Assembly: GCA_963770935.1 (NCBI GenBank)
Contig: CAVYRJ010000001.1
Location: 64,001-128,000 of the forward strand
Direction of reading: 5' to 3'
Length of the DNA: 64,000 nt
From: Candidatus Bathyarchaeota archaeon
GTDB taxonomy: Archaea > Thermoproteota > Bathyarchaeia > Bathyarchaeales > Bathycorpusculaceae
Position numbers and translations under genes: made by a program. Positions 34,405 to 44,647 of the stretch are shown one piece after another. A model generated the notes under the pieces. The model made no database searches, had not been told where the DNA came from, and was given only the letters and a program-made list of their open reading frames with translations. Every line of letters begins with the position of its first letter. Position 1 is the stretch's first letter.

Positions 34405-35808
34405 TTGAAGATGAAAAAGAAAATTGCACTAGTAAATACACCATTCATAGAAGTAAAGGATAACCATCCACTTCTTCCGCCATTGGGCTTGACTTATTTA
34501 GCAGCCGCTCTTGAACAAGATAACCATGAAATAAAGATAATAGATTGCCCAGCAAGTAATTTTTCCCATGAAAAATTGAAAGAAGAACTCTCCTCTTTTT
34601 CTCCCGACATAGTAGGCATCACATCTTTGACACCTACCATAGATTCTGCTTTCCACTCTGCACGTGCTGCAAAAGAAGCAGCACCAAATGCCCAGGTCAT
34701 TTTGGGAGGTCCACATGCCACTTTTTTAGATAAAGAAGTTTTAAGTCAAGAAGCTGCCATTGACATGGTTGTAAGGGGAGAAGGCGAACAAACCCTAAAA
34801 GAAATCGCCCAAGGCTCAAACAATGCAAATACTCTTGGCAACGTTTCTGGAATCACTTTTAGGAATGAAAACGGACAGATTTTGCAGACTCCTAATCGAG
34901 CTTTTATTAAGAACCTAGATGACCTTCCGCGTCCAGCATACAAATATCTTAACTTAGAGGATTACAGGCTTTTTGGGAAACTCCACATGCCAATCATGGC
35001 AAGTCGAGGCTGCCTATATCAATGCTCTTTTTGTGTTTCCTCTCAAATGTGGGGCGGAAGATATAGGACAAGAACGCCAAAGAGTGTTGCCGATGAACTT
35101 GAATGGCTTAGAGATGAACATGGTGCCGACGGAGTCCAGTTCCATGACGACATTTTGACGCCTGAAGTAAAGAGGATAACTGAAATCTGTGATGAAATCA
35201 TTAAAAGAAAGATAAATGTCCCGTGGGGTTGTCAAGCAAGAGTTGATCAAATTTCTAAAGAGGTTCTGGTAAAGTTACGTAAAGCGGGTTGTAATGAGGT
35301 TTCATACGGAATTGAGTCGGGATGCCAGAAAATTTTGGATGCCGTTAAGAAGAAGACATCGACAGAGCAGAATGAGAAAGCTATCAAAATGGCTAAGGAG
35401 GCAGGGATATTTGTTGCTGTTACGGCATTGATTGGATATCCGGGTGAAACCAAAGAGAACGTTAAGGAAACTCTTGATTTGTTGAGAAGAGCTGAGCCTG
35501 ATGATATTTGGCTATGTATAGCAACGCCGTATCCTGGCACTGAATTGCGCGGGTTATTAGATAATTTGGGTTGGAAGGTTTCAGACAATTGGAGCTTGTA
35601 TGATACGATGCATTCAGTTTTTGAAAATCCTCTGTTGTCTGGAGATGACTTAAAGCAGATTAGGAAGGATTTTTATAATGGCTTCTACAGCCCTGGGTAT
35701 GTTCTTCGTCAAACTGTAAAAGGATACATCAAGGGCAACTATTTCAGTCAAATCATGGCTAGAACAGCATTGAATCATTTGTTGTGGAGAGTCAGGTCAA
35801 GTTTCTAA
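34405..35808 (+). CDS. B12-binding radical SAM protein
   Basis: PPLGLTYLAA, GGPHAT, SRGCLYQCSFC and ATPYPGT. Confidence 0.92.
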   Translation: MKMKKKIALVNTPFIEVKDNHPLLPPLGLTYLAAALEQDNHEIKIIDCPASNFSHEKLKEELSSFSPDIVGITSLTPTIDSAFHSARAAKEAAPNAQVILGGPHATFLDKEVLSQEAAIDMVVRGEGEQTLKEIAQGSNNANTLGNVSGITFRNENGQILQTPNRAFIKNLDDLPRPAYKYLNLEDYRLFGKLHMPIMASRGCLYQCSFCVSSQMWGGRYRTRTPKSVADELEWLRDEHGADGVQFHDDILTPEVKRITEICDEIIKRKINVPWGCQARVDQISKEVLVKLRKAGCNEVSYGIESGCQKILDAVKKKTSTEQNEKAIKMAKEAGIFVAVTALIGYPGETKENVKETLDLLRRAEPDDIWLCIATPYPGTELRGLLDNLGWKVSDNWSLYDTMHSVFENPLLSGDDLKQIRKDFYNGFYSPGYVLRQTVKGYIKGNYFSQIMARTALNHLLWRVRSSF

Positions 35809-35946
35809 TATAAAGTAGAACTGTTTCTCGCTCCTTTTCTTTGCACAGTCTCTCTTTCATATATTGCCAGGACGCAAGAATAATTGAAGAATTTGTTTGA
35901 TACTATATATCTATGGATAGAGGTTAATTCAGTCATTCGAGTTTCT

Positions 35947-35966
35947 GTAGTAGTAGTAGTAGTAGT
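35947..35966. repeat. (GTA)n microsatellite, about 6.7 units
   Basis: gtagtagtagtagtagtagt between convergent genes. Confidence 0.8.
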
Positions 35967-36032
35967 TCTTTGTTAAGACAGCAAGAATATACAAAAAATA
36001 AAAAAGGAAGTTGGCTATTTTTGAGAGCTTTC

Positions 36033-38755
36033 TTATGGGTGTTTTCTAAGCAAAAGCAATACGATTACGGCGCCGACTATGATTATTGTGATGATTACAC
36101 CGATTATTCCTGGAATCAAGTACATGTCGGCTATGGATTGTGGTGCGGGCGTTGGTGCGTTTGTTAGATTGTGGTGCTTGACCCACTGTTAAGTAGGTTG
36201 AAGAAGCAGAGGGACCATAGGAGTTGGATCCTGCGAAGTTGGCGAAGATTTGGTATGTGCCGGGGACTTCTGGAGTAAATGATAAGCCATAGTTGCCGTA
36301 CACGTCGCTGGTAGCGTTGCCTACGGTGACTAAGTTGCCGTTTGGATCAATTGCGCTTAACGTAACTTCTACGCCTTTAGCGTTTGTGGGCATCGGTCTT
36401 TGATGGAACATGTATTCCATCCATGCGTCCATGTCGTTATCCGATATTGCTGGTGTTCCCTTGAGTGCTACATCTAAATTGCCGTTGATATCATGTCTGC
36501 CGGATTGAGACTGGTCAGTTACGGTTCCTGTGAGTGTTACGCTGGATCCTAGTGCTGGGACAATCTGTGGTGCCGAAACTGTAGTGGCGCTCGGACCTTT
36601 GCCAAGGCAGTAGATTTGGTTGTCATGGTTGTCAAGGTACATGATGCGACCTTCAGAGATAATGACCTTCGAGAGTGCGTTGTTGGCTGTATTGGGGTAG
36701 GCGGTTAATCGCCACACTAAATCGCCGGTATTTGTGTCGACACAGAAGATGGCTCCGTCACGTCTAATCGGGGAACTTTCACCTGCCCATCCAGTTGACC
36801 CGTGAAGGTAGAGCAGTTCGCGTCCAGATGGATCGTTTATGAAGAAAGCTAAACTGAGTGGCGTATGTTCCAATCCCTGTGTCTCAAGGTAACCCAGTGA
36901 TGGGGCTGTGAAGTTCCATAAGAATTCGCCTGTATTGACATCTAAGCAGTCCAGTACTCCATAAGAGCCAATTGTGTATGCTTTGCCGTTGCTGACTGTA
37001 ATACCCATCCCGTATGATGCAAATTGTGCGGTTACTTGATAGGTCCATAGTTGTGTTCCTGTTTCTATGCTGTACATCCAGATTTTTCCAGTATTTCGCT
37101 CGGTAAACCAGAAGACACCGTCTTTTGCAGATACTCCAAGTGAGACTCCACCGTTTGCTGTTGAGTTAGGATAGTCGTCTGATGCTTTGGGCGCGTCAAA
37201 GGTTTTATCCCACAGCGGGGTTCCCCATTCGCCTTGTTTTAGGCTAATAGCTCTTAGGAAACCTGGAACATTTCCTCTGGCGTCGTTTCGTCCTGCTGTT
37301 CCTACTACTACATACTGGTCAGGCACTATATCTCGGATTGTACCGGTTTCATTTAGGATTGAATTGCGTGGACCAAATATGCTTGCAACTGAAAGGTTCA
37401 TTGTGTACCCGTTTAAACCGTTGTAGACAGCACCGTTTTGAGCTGTTGACATGCTGACGGTTGTTGCTCCTGGTCTCCAGAACCAATAAGAATTGTCAGA
37501 TGTGGTTGTCGGGACGTTAGTAGTTCCGTTAATGAGTGTTGCAGGGGGGGCAATTCCGTATGAGGGCCGCCACCAGATAGCTTGTGTGGTGTTCCAGATC
37601 TGCAAATAATAGTTTGGGGCAGTAGCACTTCCAAGATTGTTGAAGTTGATGTAGCATATGCTTCCGATTGAGTCTCTAAATTGTGTGCCAGTTGTGGATA
37701 CGTTAGCTATTTTGCATATGGATTTTCCGGTGAATGCATCAAGCATTTCCCACATTGTTCCGTTGACTCCGCCAGGGTTAGTTATAGCAACGCCAGAGGT
37801 CCTCCAAAGATATGAGAAGCCTCCGTGCTGATTGGGCGAGTCATAGTTAAGGACTTGACCTAATGTGGGCATCGCAGCATCACCTAGCGTGTTGTTTTCG
37901 TAATATATGGTTTCACCTGTGTAGATATCAATGCAGTAATAACCGTATCTTGGGGGGTTCTGTATAGAATAGTAGGCTTTGCCTTCAAGAACCAATATTG
38001 GACTAGAGAAGCCCTCGTATGCAATTCCGTTGTAGAATCCTGTGTCAACATAACCACCCATGACACCTCCAAGCCAGTATGAACGGGTCCAGAGGACGTG
38101 GCTGCTTTGTGGACCTGCAGTGTTCGGGATTCCTTTTGACCTCAACGATTCAAAATAGGGTCCACCTAACCATTGTCCCATTACGGTCATTCCCCATCCT
38201 TTGTTAGTATCATAAACTGGACGAGTCCAGTAGTCGTTAGGAAGGGGAGTTTCAGCGTATCCCGGTATTGGGTCTTGCTGCACAGTGAAAGTATTTGGTT
38301 TGCTTATACTTGGTGCATAAGTATCATTGACGGCAACATTGTTTGTTTGACCAGGGACACCTGTTAGAGTTTTCCCAATGAAGCGAGAAACGATTGTATA
38401 TACTCCGGTTTCGGTTGGTGTGTACCATTGGATCGCTGATCCGACTGGATCAGATGTAATTGGACCGATTGTTTCGTTGGTTCCATCAGGCTTCATTATG
38501 TCTAAGTAGAAAGTCCATCTGTCACCCATGGCGCCACTTGCTGTCGGCGGATACGCATTTAGCCACATTAACAGCAGTACTTGTTGTCCCACTCCTACTA
38601 CTGGCTCATTGGGTTGGATGTAGCAGTAATGTTGTCATGTTATATGGATTTGGACGCGCGTCAGCGGTTTGTGTTGTTAACAATGCGAGAGAAATAGTCA
38701 ATATTGTAATCAAAGCAATCGAAATGGCTTTATTTTTATTTAATATTTTTTGCAT
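36033..38755 (-). CDS. Secreted PQQ-like beta-propeller surface protein (KRP paralog 6; frameshifts near 38610 and 36165)
   Basis: Signal peptide from ATG 38755; DPVG, SPNQHG and WFWRP; the alternative frame gives the tail ADMYLIP-TM-RKHP with stop at 36033. Confidence 0.85.
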
Positions 38756-38782
38756 TTTTCTTTCCTCTATTTCAGATTTTGC

Positions 38783-38818
38783 GTTTGACAAGACTATGCT
38801 AAATTTATCTTGCCAAAC
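38783..38818 (-). promoter_or_regulatory. 5'-leader hairpin of paralog 6
   Basis: GTTTGGCAAGA pairs with TCTTGTCAAAC (11 bp, one G-U pair). Confidence 0.5.
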
Positions 38819-38833
38819 TGCTAAGTAGGGTTC

Positions 38834-38852
38834 GTTATTTAACTTAAATAAC
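38834..38852. promoter_or_regulatory. Perfect inverted repeat GTTATTTAA-C-TTAAATAAC over the TATA box
   Basis: 9+1+9 palindrome in the divergent region between paralog 6 and the HemN-like gene. Confidence 0.5.
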
Positions 38853-39035
38853 TTTTGTGGAATTAAAAGTGAGAATAAAAAAGTCAAAACCGCTCTTAAT
38901 GGAAGTATAAGATACTCAACTCAGATAGTTTCAAATTATTCCACATTTACTAATGCGACTCAATTATAGCTTCTTTACGGAAACTTTATTATGTAATCGA
39001 GTGGTTTTTAACGTTAAATTAAAGGGGAACAATTA

Positions 39036-40331
39036 ATGACAAAAGCAACTGCCCAAGAGAAAAGCAAGTCAAACGCTTATGAATCACGGGAAAATTGGCC
39101 ACCCTATACTTACAGAGATTATCCAGACATAAAACCTGAAACATACGAGGCTTTTCTGAAGTTTTTGGACACTGAAAACACTTCAGGTAGACTGATGGAG
39201 TTGCAACCATGGATATCCGTTTGCGATTCAAAATGTGCTTTTTGCTATTTTCCAACCGCGCCAACAAACAAGGTGCAAATAGAACACTATCTTGAATTGC
39301 TAAAGAAAGAACTGGATATGTATGCGAAAACGCGGTACGTGAAGACAAGTGTGTTCGACGAGATAGTTCTCGGCGGAGGAACACCAAGCGTCTTGACAGC
39401 CGAGCAGATGATTGACCTCATAGACTTCTGCAAGGAACGTTTCAACACTAACAAAGAATACTTCATTAAAGTCACTGGTTCCTCGAAAACTTTGGCATTG
39501 CCAAAAATCGACAAACTCGCCGCCTACGGCGTTTACCAAATGGACATGGGCGCACAAACCTTCGACGACAAAATCCGAAAAATGCTGTGTTTACCTGATA
39601 GTGCCGCTGATGTGGAAAAAGCAATACGCCACGCTCGGAAACTGGGCTTATGCGTTTGTGTGGACCTTATGTATAATCTTCCAGGGCAAACGATGGAGAG
39701 TTGGGTAAACACACTTAAAAAAGCCATCGAGTTAGACGTTGAGATCGACGCTTATTCATTGCATGTTGATCCGGGAACTGCACTTGAGAAGATGATTAAG
39801 ACAGGTAAGTCGCCACCTGTTGGAGATGCTGAGTTTGAGAAGCAAATGTATCTAGCAGCCTACAACATGCTAACTGAAGCAGGCTATAAGGCAGTGGGTC
39901 ACGACCGCTATAGCCGCGTAGAGTGGCACATGCGTGAAAACTGCCTCAACGGCTGGCCATGGGGAGGAATACTAACCACTGGAGCAGGCTGCTTTATGGG
40001 TTATTTACAACGGTTTAGCTACAGCAACATCGAAAACATCGATGAATACATGAAGACGGTAAGCGCCGGAAAACTTCCAATCCAAAGACTCTCAGAGTCC
40101 ACCGACGACGAAATGATGCGAAGAGAAATGAGCAGACTTTACTTGCGTTTGCCTGTAAGCAAGAAGGAGTTTCTGGAGAAATTCGGCAAACTGCCAGAAG
40201 ACGTATTTCCTCAACAACTAAAAAATCTCAAAACAAAGGGACTAATCGAGATAGATGACAAAGAAGTTAGACTGACGAAGCAGGGCGAGGTCTGGAAAGG
40301 CAATATAGCATGGGAATTCGCTCAAAAATAA
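39036..40331 (+). CDS. HemN-like (class C) radical SAM protein
   Basis: CDSKCAFC, GGGTPS, GAQTFD, DLMYNLPGQT and TTGAG. Confidence 0.88.
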   Translation: MTKATAQEKSKSNAYESRENWPPYTYRDYPDIKPETYEAFLKFLDTENTSGRLMELQPWISVCDSKCAFCYFPTAPTNKVQIEHYLELLKKELDMYAKTRYVKTSVFDEIVLGGGTPSVLTAEQMIDLIDFCKERFNTNKEYFIKVTGSSKTLALPKIDKLAAYGVYQMDMGAQTFDDKIRKMLCLPDSAADVEKAIRHARKLGLCVCVDLMYNLPGQTMESWVNTLKKAIELDVEIDAYSLHVDPGTALEKMIKTGKSPPVGDAEFEKQMYLAAYNMLTEAGYKAVGHDRYSRVEWHMRENCLNGWPWGGILTTGAGCFMGYLQRFSYSNIENIDEYMKTVSAGKLPIQRLSESTDDEMMRREMSRLYLRLPVSKKEFLEKFGKLPEDVFPQQLKNLKTKGLIEIDDKEVRLTKQGEVWKGNIAWEFAQK

Positions 40332-40508
40332 TCAGCGGCTAAACGGGACAGGAATCAACGTTCCATACGGAATGCAGCCCTTCCGCTTTGTGAGCAAAAT
40401 AAGAAATTTGCACTCTATTTTGAATAAAGATACTAATGGCAATTGAACAGACACTATCAAATATAAGCTCTATTTTTAGCCTTTAAAATAAAAAAGAAAG
40501 GGAAGAGG

Positions 40509-41168
40509 TTATGGGTGGTAGCCCAATTCAGACGCGCCACTAATTCTGGCGATGAAGGGCACTATTATTCCCAAGATTATCAAAGGCAACAACGTCTGCC
40601 AAAGAGCGGTCAACGGGTCTGCCTGAGTCATCCAAGCGGATGCTGAGACGGTATAGTTGAGGATGAACTGGAATATACCAACTGCAAGACAAGCCGTCAT
40701 ACCTGAAGCAAGCATTCTCTTGATTCGCATTGATTTCTCGTTTAGAGATCCCGCCATGTATCCAATTAGAATGCCGCCTACAATGTAACCGCCAATGAAA
40801 CTGGGGTCAGCATACGGGTTAATGTTCAATCCGTAGTTAATGAGGGAGTATTGGACGTTGTATCCAGCGAAGGCAACGTAATACAATGTACCCATTATAA
40901 ATCCGGCAGCGCCGCCAGCATATTTATTCCATGTCAAGCCTAAGAAGAGCGGAATTCCAAAAACTACCATCAGAGCAAGACCGTGTGTGAAAATGACTGT
41001 CACAAACGCAAGTGGCGAACCAGCTGAATCCATCGATGGCGGTGGGAAAGCTGAATCAAGTATTGGTCTAAGTACTGCTGGGAAAATCACTATCACTATG
41101 CCGATTATCACTGGTATAATTATGCCCCAAAGAATAGTACTAAGTTTAACTTTTCCCGGTTCTGTCAA
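40509..41168 (-). CDS. Multi-pass membrane protein (weak resemblance to ECF S-components)
   Basis: About 6 hydrophobic segments with AGGAAGF. Confidence 0.6.
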   Translation of the reverse strand: MTEPGKVKLSTILWGIIIPVIIGIVIVIFPAVLRPILDSAFPPPSMDSAGSPLAFVTVIFTHGLALMVVFGIPLFLGLTWNKYAGGAAGFIMGTLYYVAFAGYNVQYSLINYGLNINPYADPSFIGGYIVGGILIGYMAGSLNEKSMRIKRMLASGMTACLAVGIFQFILNYTVSASAWMTQADPLTALWQTLLPLIILGIIVPFIARISGASELGYHP

Positions 41169-41369
41169 TTTTTATCCCTTGACTTATTTTACATTGTGGC
41201 ATGTTTATAAGCTTAATGCTTACAAGCTTGTTACCTAAAAAATTTTACGTTAAAAAAATAGAACTTTAGCAACATGTGAGAGCTAAAATTAGTTAGCAAA
41301 TCTATAAAACAAAAATAATAACAAAAGAAAAGGGTTGGGAAATTTGAAGTTTTATTTCTGTTTTTTATT

Positions 41370-42668
41370 TCAGTGGCGTGAGGCGCAGATGATTCCGCTT
41401 AGGGGCAGTCTTGATGGACAAACGTACGAGCATGTTCCGCAGGCGATGCAGTCTTTAACCCAGAGTTTTTCGGCTTTCTCTATGTCGCCTTTCATGATGG
41501 CATTGTAAATCATAATGGGGTGTAAACGTACTGGGCATGAGGAGATGCATTTTGAGCAGTGAATGCAAGCTGTTTGTGGTTCTTCAGGTTTGTATTTGCT
41601 TTTGGAGAACACAAGAATACTTGATGTTCTCTTGGTTACTGGAGCATCGATTGTTTGGATAGAGTTTCCCATCATGACTCCGCCGACGACGACTTGTCGG
41701 ATATCGTTTGTGTCTACTTTGTACTGTGCGAGTATGTCTTTTACTGGAGTGCCAATTTTCACGAGTATATTCTTGGGTTCGGGAACATCACCGTTCAATG
41801 TCGTGACCCTAGATATTAGGGGTTCACCTTCGAAGACAGCGTTAGCAATTGCGTTTATTGTTGCAACATTCTGCACTATGGTGCCCATTTCGTATGAACG
41901 TTTGCCAGGGGGTGTTTCGTAATTCAAGATTGCTTTTTGCAGTACACTTGCGTCTCCTTGCTGATAGGTAAGATGTTTAACTACGACTTCTGTGTCTGGT
42001 TCTTGGCCAAAGGCTTCTTGTAGTTTAGGAGCAGCTTCCACTTTGCTCGTTTTGGTTGCAACAATAACTTTTGGGTTTCCTAAGATTTTCCGAAGAACTC
42101 TTACTCCGCGTACCAAGTTCGCCGTTTTTTCAATCATTAATCGCTCGTCTGCAGTATCAAAGGGCTCTCCTTCCGCCGCATTTACAATGAGGGTTTTTAT
42201 TGTTGTGCCTTTAGGTACAGAAAGTTTAATGCTGGTTGGGAAGCCAGCGCCTCCTAAACCGATAATGCCTGCTTCGCGGATCCGAAGAAGAAGCTCATCA
42301 ATGGAGATGTCTTTGAGTTCTGCCTCAGATATGGGAGTTAGCGCTTTGTCTTTTGTGTTCTTTCCATCGTTTTCAATCCAGATGGCTTCTGAGCATTCTG
42401 CATAGCAACTGTTGTATATGTCACCAATTTTTATGACCTTCCCGGAGATTGGGCTGTGGACTGGTGCACTAACACGTTCTTTTGCATCTGCAATTTTCTG
42501 CCCTACATCTACACTATCACCGACTGAGACTACGGGTTTGTTTGGTGCTCCGGTGTGTTGATAAGTTAAGACTAAGGCAGTTTTTGGATCAGGGAAAACT
42601 TCAATAGGTGTTATTCTTGCTTTGTCTTTGTGTTCTTTTATTTCAACGAGGTTTGCCATTTTGTTCAT
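41370..42668 (-). CDS. rnfC: Rnf electron transport complex subunit C
   Basis: QHTGAP, VHSPISG, AGIIGLGGAGFPT, and two CxxCxxCxxxCP ferredoxin motifs. Confidence 0.9.
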   Translation of the reverse strand: MNKMANLVEIKEHKDKARITPIEVFPDPKTALVLTYQHTGAPNKPVVSVGDSVDVGQKIADAKERVSAPVHSPISGKVIKIGDIYNSCYAECSEAIWIENDGKNTKDKALTPISEAELKDISIDELLLRIREAGIIGLGGAGFPTSIKLSVPKGTTIKTLIVNAAEGEPFDTADERLMIEKTANLVRGVRVLRKILGNPKVIVATKTSKVEAAPKLQEAFGQEPDTEVVVKHLTYQQGDASVLQKAILNYETPPGKRSYEMGTIVQNVATINAIANAVFEGEPLISRVTTLNGDVPEPKNILVKIGTPVKDILAQYKVDTNDIRQVVVGGVMMGNSIQTIDAPVTKRTSSILVFSKSKYKPEEPQTACIHCSKCISSCPVRLHPIMIYNAIMKGDIEKAEKLWVKDCIACGTCSYVCPSRLPLSGIICASRH

Positions 42669-43847
42669 CTCCCAAAGGGTTTGTGGATTCCTACACGATC
42701 AAGGAGTGGTACCGTCAAGTTCATAATGATTAACGCTAGCAAGGAGCCGCCAAAGAAGTTCATATAGGTTTGTATGAGAATCGTTAGTAAGCCTAAGCCA
42801 ACGCCGAAGATAATTTGCCCTAAGCCAGTTAAAGGTGTTGTTGCAGGGTCGGTTGCCATAAAGAAGCCTAAGAAAATTGAGCTGCCTATGAACACTTCAA
42901 AGAGCAACCTTATCATCAGATCTGTATCTGCATAAACAAATGCAAATACCAGAGACATTACAGCAATAGAAACGAAGTAAGCAACTGTGATTTTCCATTT
43001 GATGTATTTGCGAGCAATGACAAACAATGCGATGCCAACGACGATTACGGCAAGGCTGCAAGCGCCGCCTGTCCAACCGTGGAACTTCTCCAGTATCATA
43101 AGCTGGTTAATGTCAGTTGTGCCTGCACTCAGTGGGTTAGCAGTAACAGCTTTGTAGATAGGTAAGGAATGAGCCTAAACCATTGTTTCCAACTGGTGCG
43201 GTTCCTCCACCAAGAGGACCCGCTAGGACAGGTACTCCTAAACCTGTTCCTGTTGCTGCGTCATATGGGGCGAAGTGGCTTTTGACTAATAATATGCTGC
43301 CTATGAATGGTAGCAGAACTAAGAGTTTTGCAGCTGCTGCAGGATTGACGAATTTTCTTCCGCCTAAGCTTTGCATTTTTTTGAAGAGAACAAGGCCTAT
43401 CAGTGAAATAAATGCGACATAAAGAAATGCGTTAGGTGCAGTTAATGAATCGATGGGCATTACATCAGATCCTTGAGCCATAGAGGGGACACCAAGCGAG
43501 AATGAGAGTGTAACGATTAAGCCGAAGACTGCTGCAGACCAAATGTTTAATTCACTGTCAAAGGCGACCTTATGTAGTAAAGCATCCATTCCGACGGCTA
43601 CTCCGATTGCTATGAGAGCATTTATGAGTACTAGCGAACCAAGCGGCAGTTGCCAGACGTTTTTGAGAGCTAAGCTTTCAATTTGTCCGTCAGTGGGGCT
43701 AGGAACGGGCCACCATATGATTGCGGTGATGATGGTGATAATTAACAGAGCGATAAAGGTGTATTGCATTAGACGTTTCTTTGACATTGCACCGGTTATG
43801 TGTGGAGCAGATTTGACGACTAATTCATTAGTGGATTCGTTACTCAT
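42665..43847 (-). CDS. rnfD: Rnf subunit D-like membrane protein (one frameshift near 43140)
   Basis: SAPHI, GGRKFVNPAAA, FFMATDPATTP and IIMNLTVPLLD; overlaps the rnfC start. Confidence 0.85.
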
Positions 43848-44074
43848 TTTTTATTAACCTTCTTAAATGAAGATTTTATCTAAGGTCTTGGTTATTAAGC
43901 TTTTTCAGAAATTATAATTTCCGTCAGAAATCCAAGTATTCAATTCTTGCTTGTTTTTTTTGTGACCATATGGGCGAAAAATTGGTTTGATTAGTTTACT
44001 GGAATGTCTTTAACACCGGTTTTTAGTAAAGCTAATACCTGTAAGCTTTAAACATATATTTTATAGGGCTCAGC

Positions 44075-44530
44075 TTGACCGACAACGATAATAAAGAACT
44101 TGAAGGAATAACACTTTACGTCTACTTATACTGTGTCAAAAAAGGTAAGCCAGTGGGTCCCCGAGATGTTATGAAGGGTGCCAATCTAAGTAGCCCCAGC
44201 GTGGCTTATAGGCACCTGCAAAAACTCGAAGATTTGGGTTATTTGCAGAAAAACAAGTACGGCGAATACACACTCAAGAGCAGAGGGCATGTTAGGGGTT
44301 ACACATGGCTTGGTCGACGTTTAGTTGGGAAAATGTATCTCTACGCTCTTCTTTTTTCAGGTATTTTAGGTGTTGAACTCTTCGTTTTCTTTATGCATTT
44401 TTCGGTTGAAAACTATGAATTCAAAGTCTTTTTCTCCTTATTAATGCTAATAACTGGGTTGGCACTAGCTGTTTTCACTGCGGAAGGGCTACGGCAGAAC
44501 AAACGAAAGTTCATCGCCTCAATAGAATAG
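44075..44530 (+). CDS. Membrane-anchored winged-HTH regulator
   Basis: GPRDVMKGANLSSPSVAYRHLQKLEDLG followed by two TM helices. Confidence 0.75.
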   Translation: MTDNDNKELEGITLYVYLYCVKKGKPVGPRDVMKGANLSSPSVAYRHLQKLEDLGYLQKNKYGEYTLKSRGHVRGYTWLGRRLVGKMYLYALLFSGILGVELFVFFMHFSVENYEFKVFFSLLMLITGLALAVFTAEGLRQNKRKFIASIE

Positions 44531-44647
44531 GCAATCCTGACAACTAACAACGGTTGTTTTCTGCAACTTTCTTAAAAAAAATGATACTCTATTTCTTAGA
44601 GGAAGTTTTATATCGCCTAGGTAAATCTATCTTCAACAGTGAATTAA

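Noticed and set aside
35947-35966. (GTA)n tract as a phase-variation switch
   Set aside because: It lies between convergent 3' ends, outside coding and promoter sequence.
7132-38755. Propeller array as a diversity-generating retroelement or invertase-driven system
   Set aside because: No reverse transcriptase, recombinase or near-identical template/variable repeat pair is visible in the window.
40332-40395. Possible structured RNA after the HemN-like gene (AGCGG/CCGCT and TTCC/GGAA stems)
   Set aside because: The stems are short and match no RNA family I recognise.
43125-43150. Split rnfD as a real two-gene arrangement
   Set aside because: Removing one extra base joins both ORFs into a continuous RnfD-like protein.
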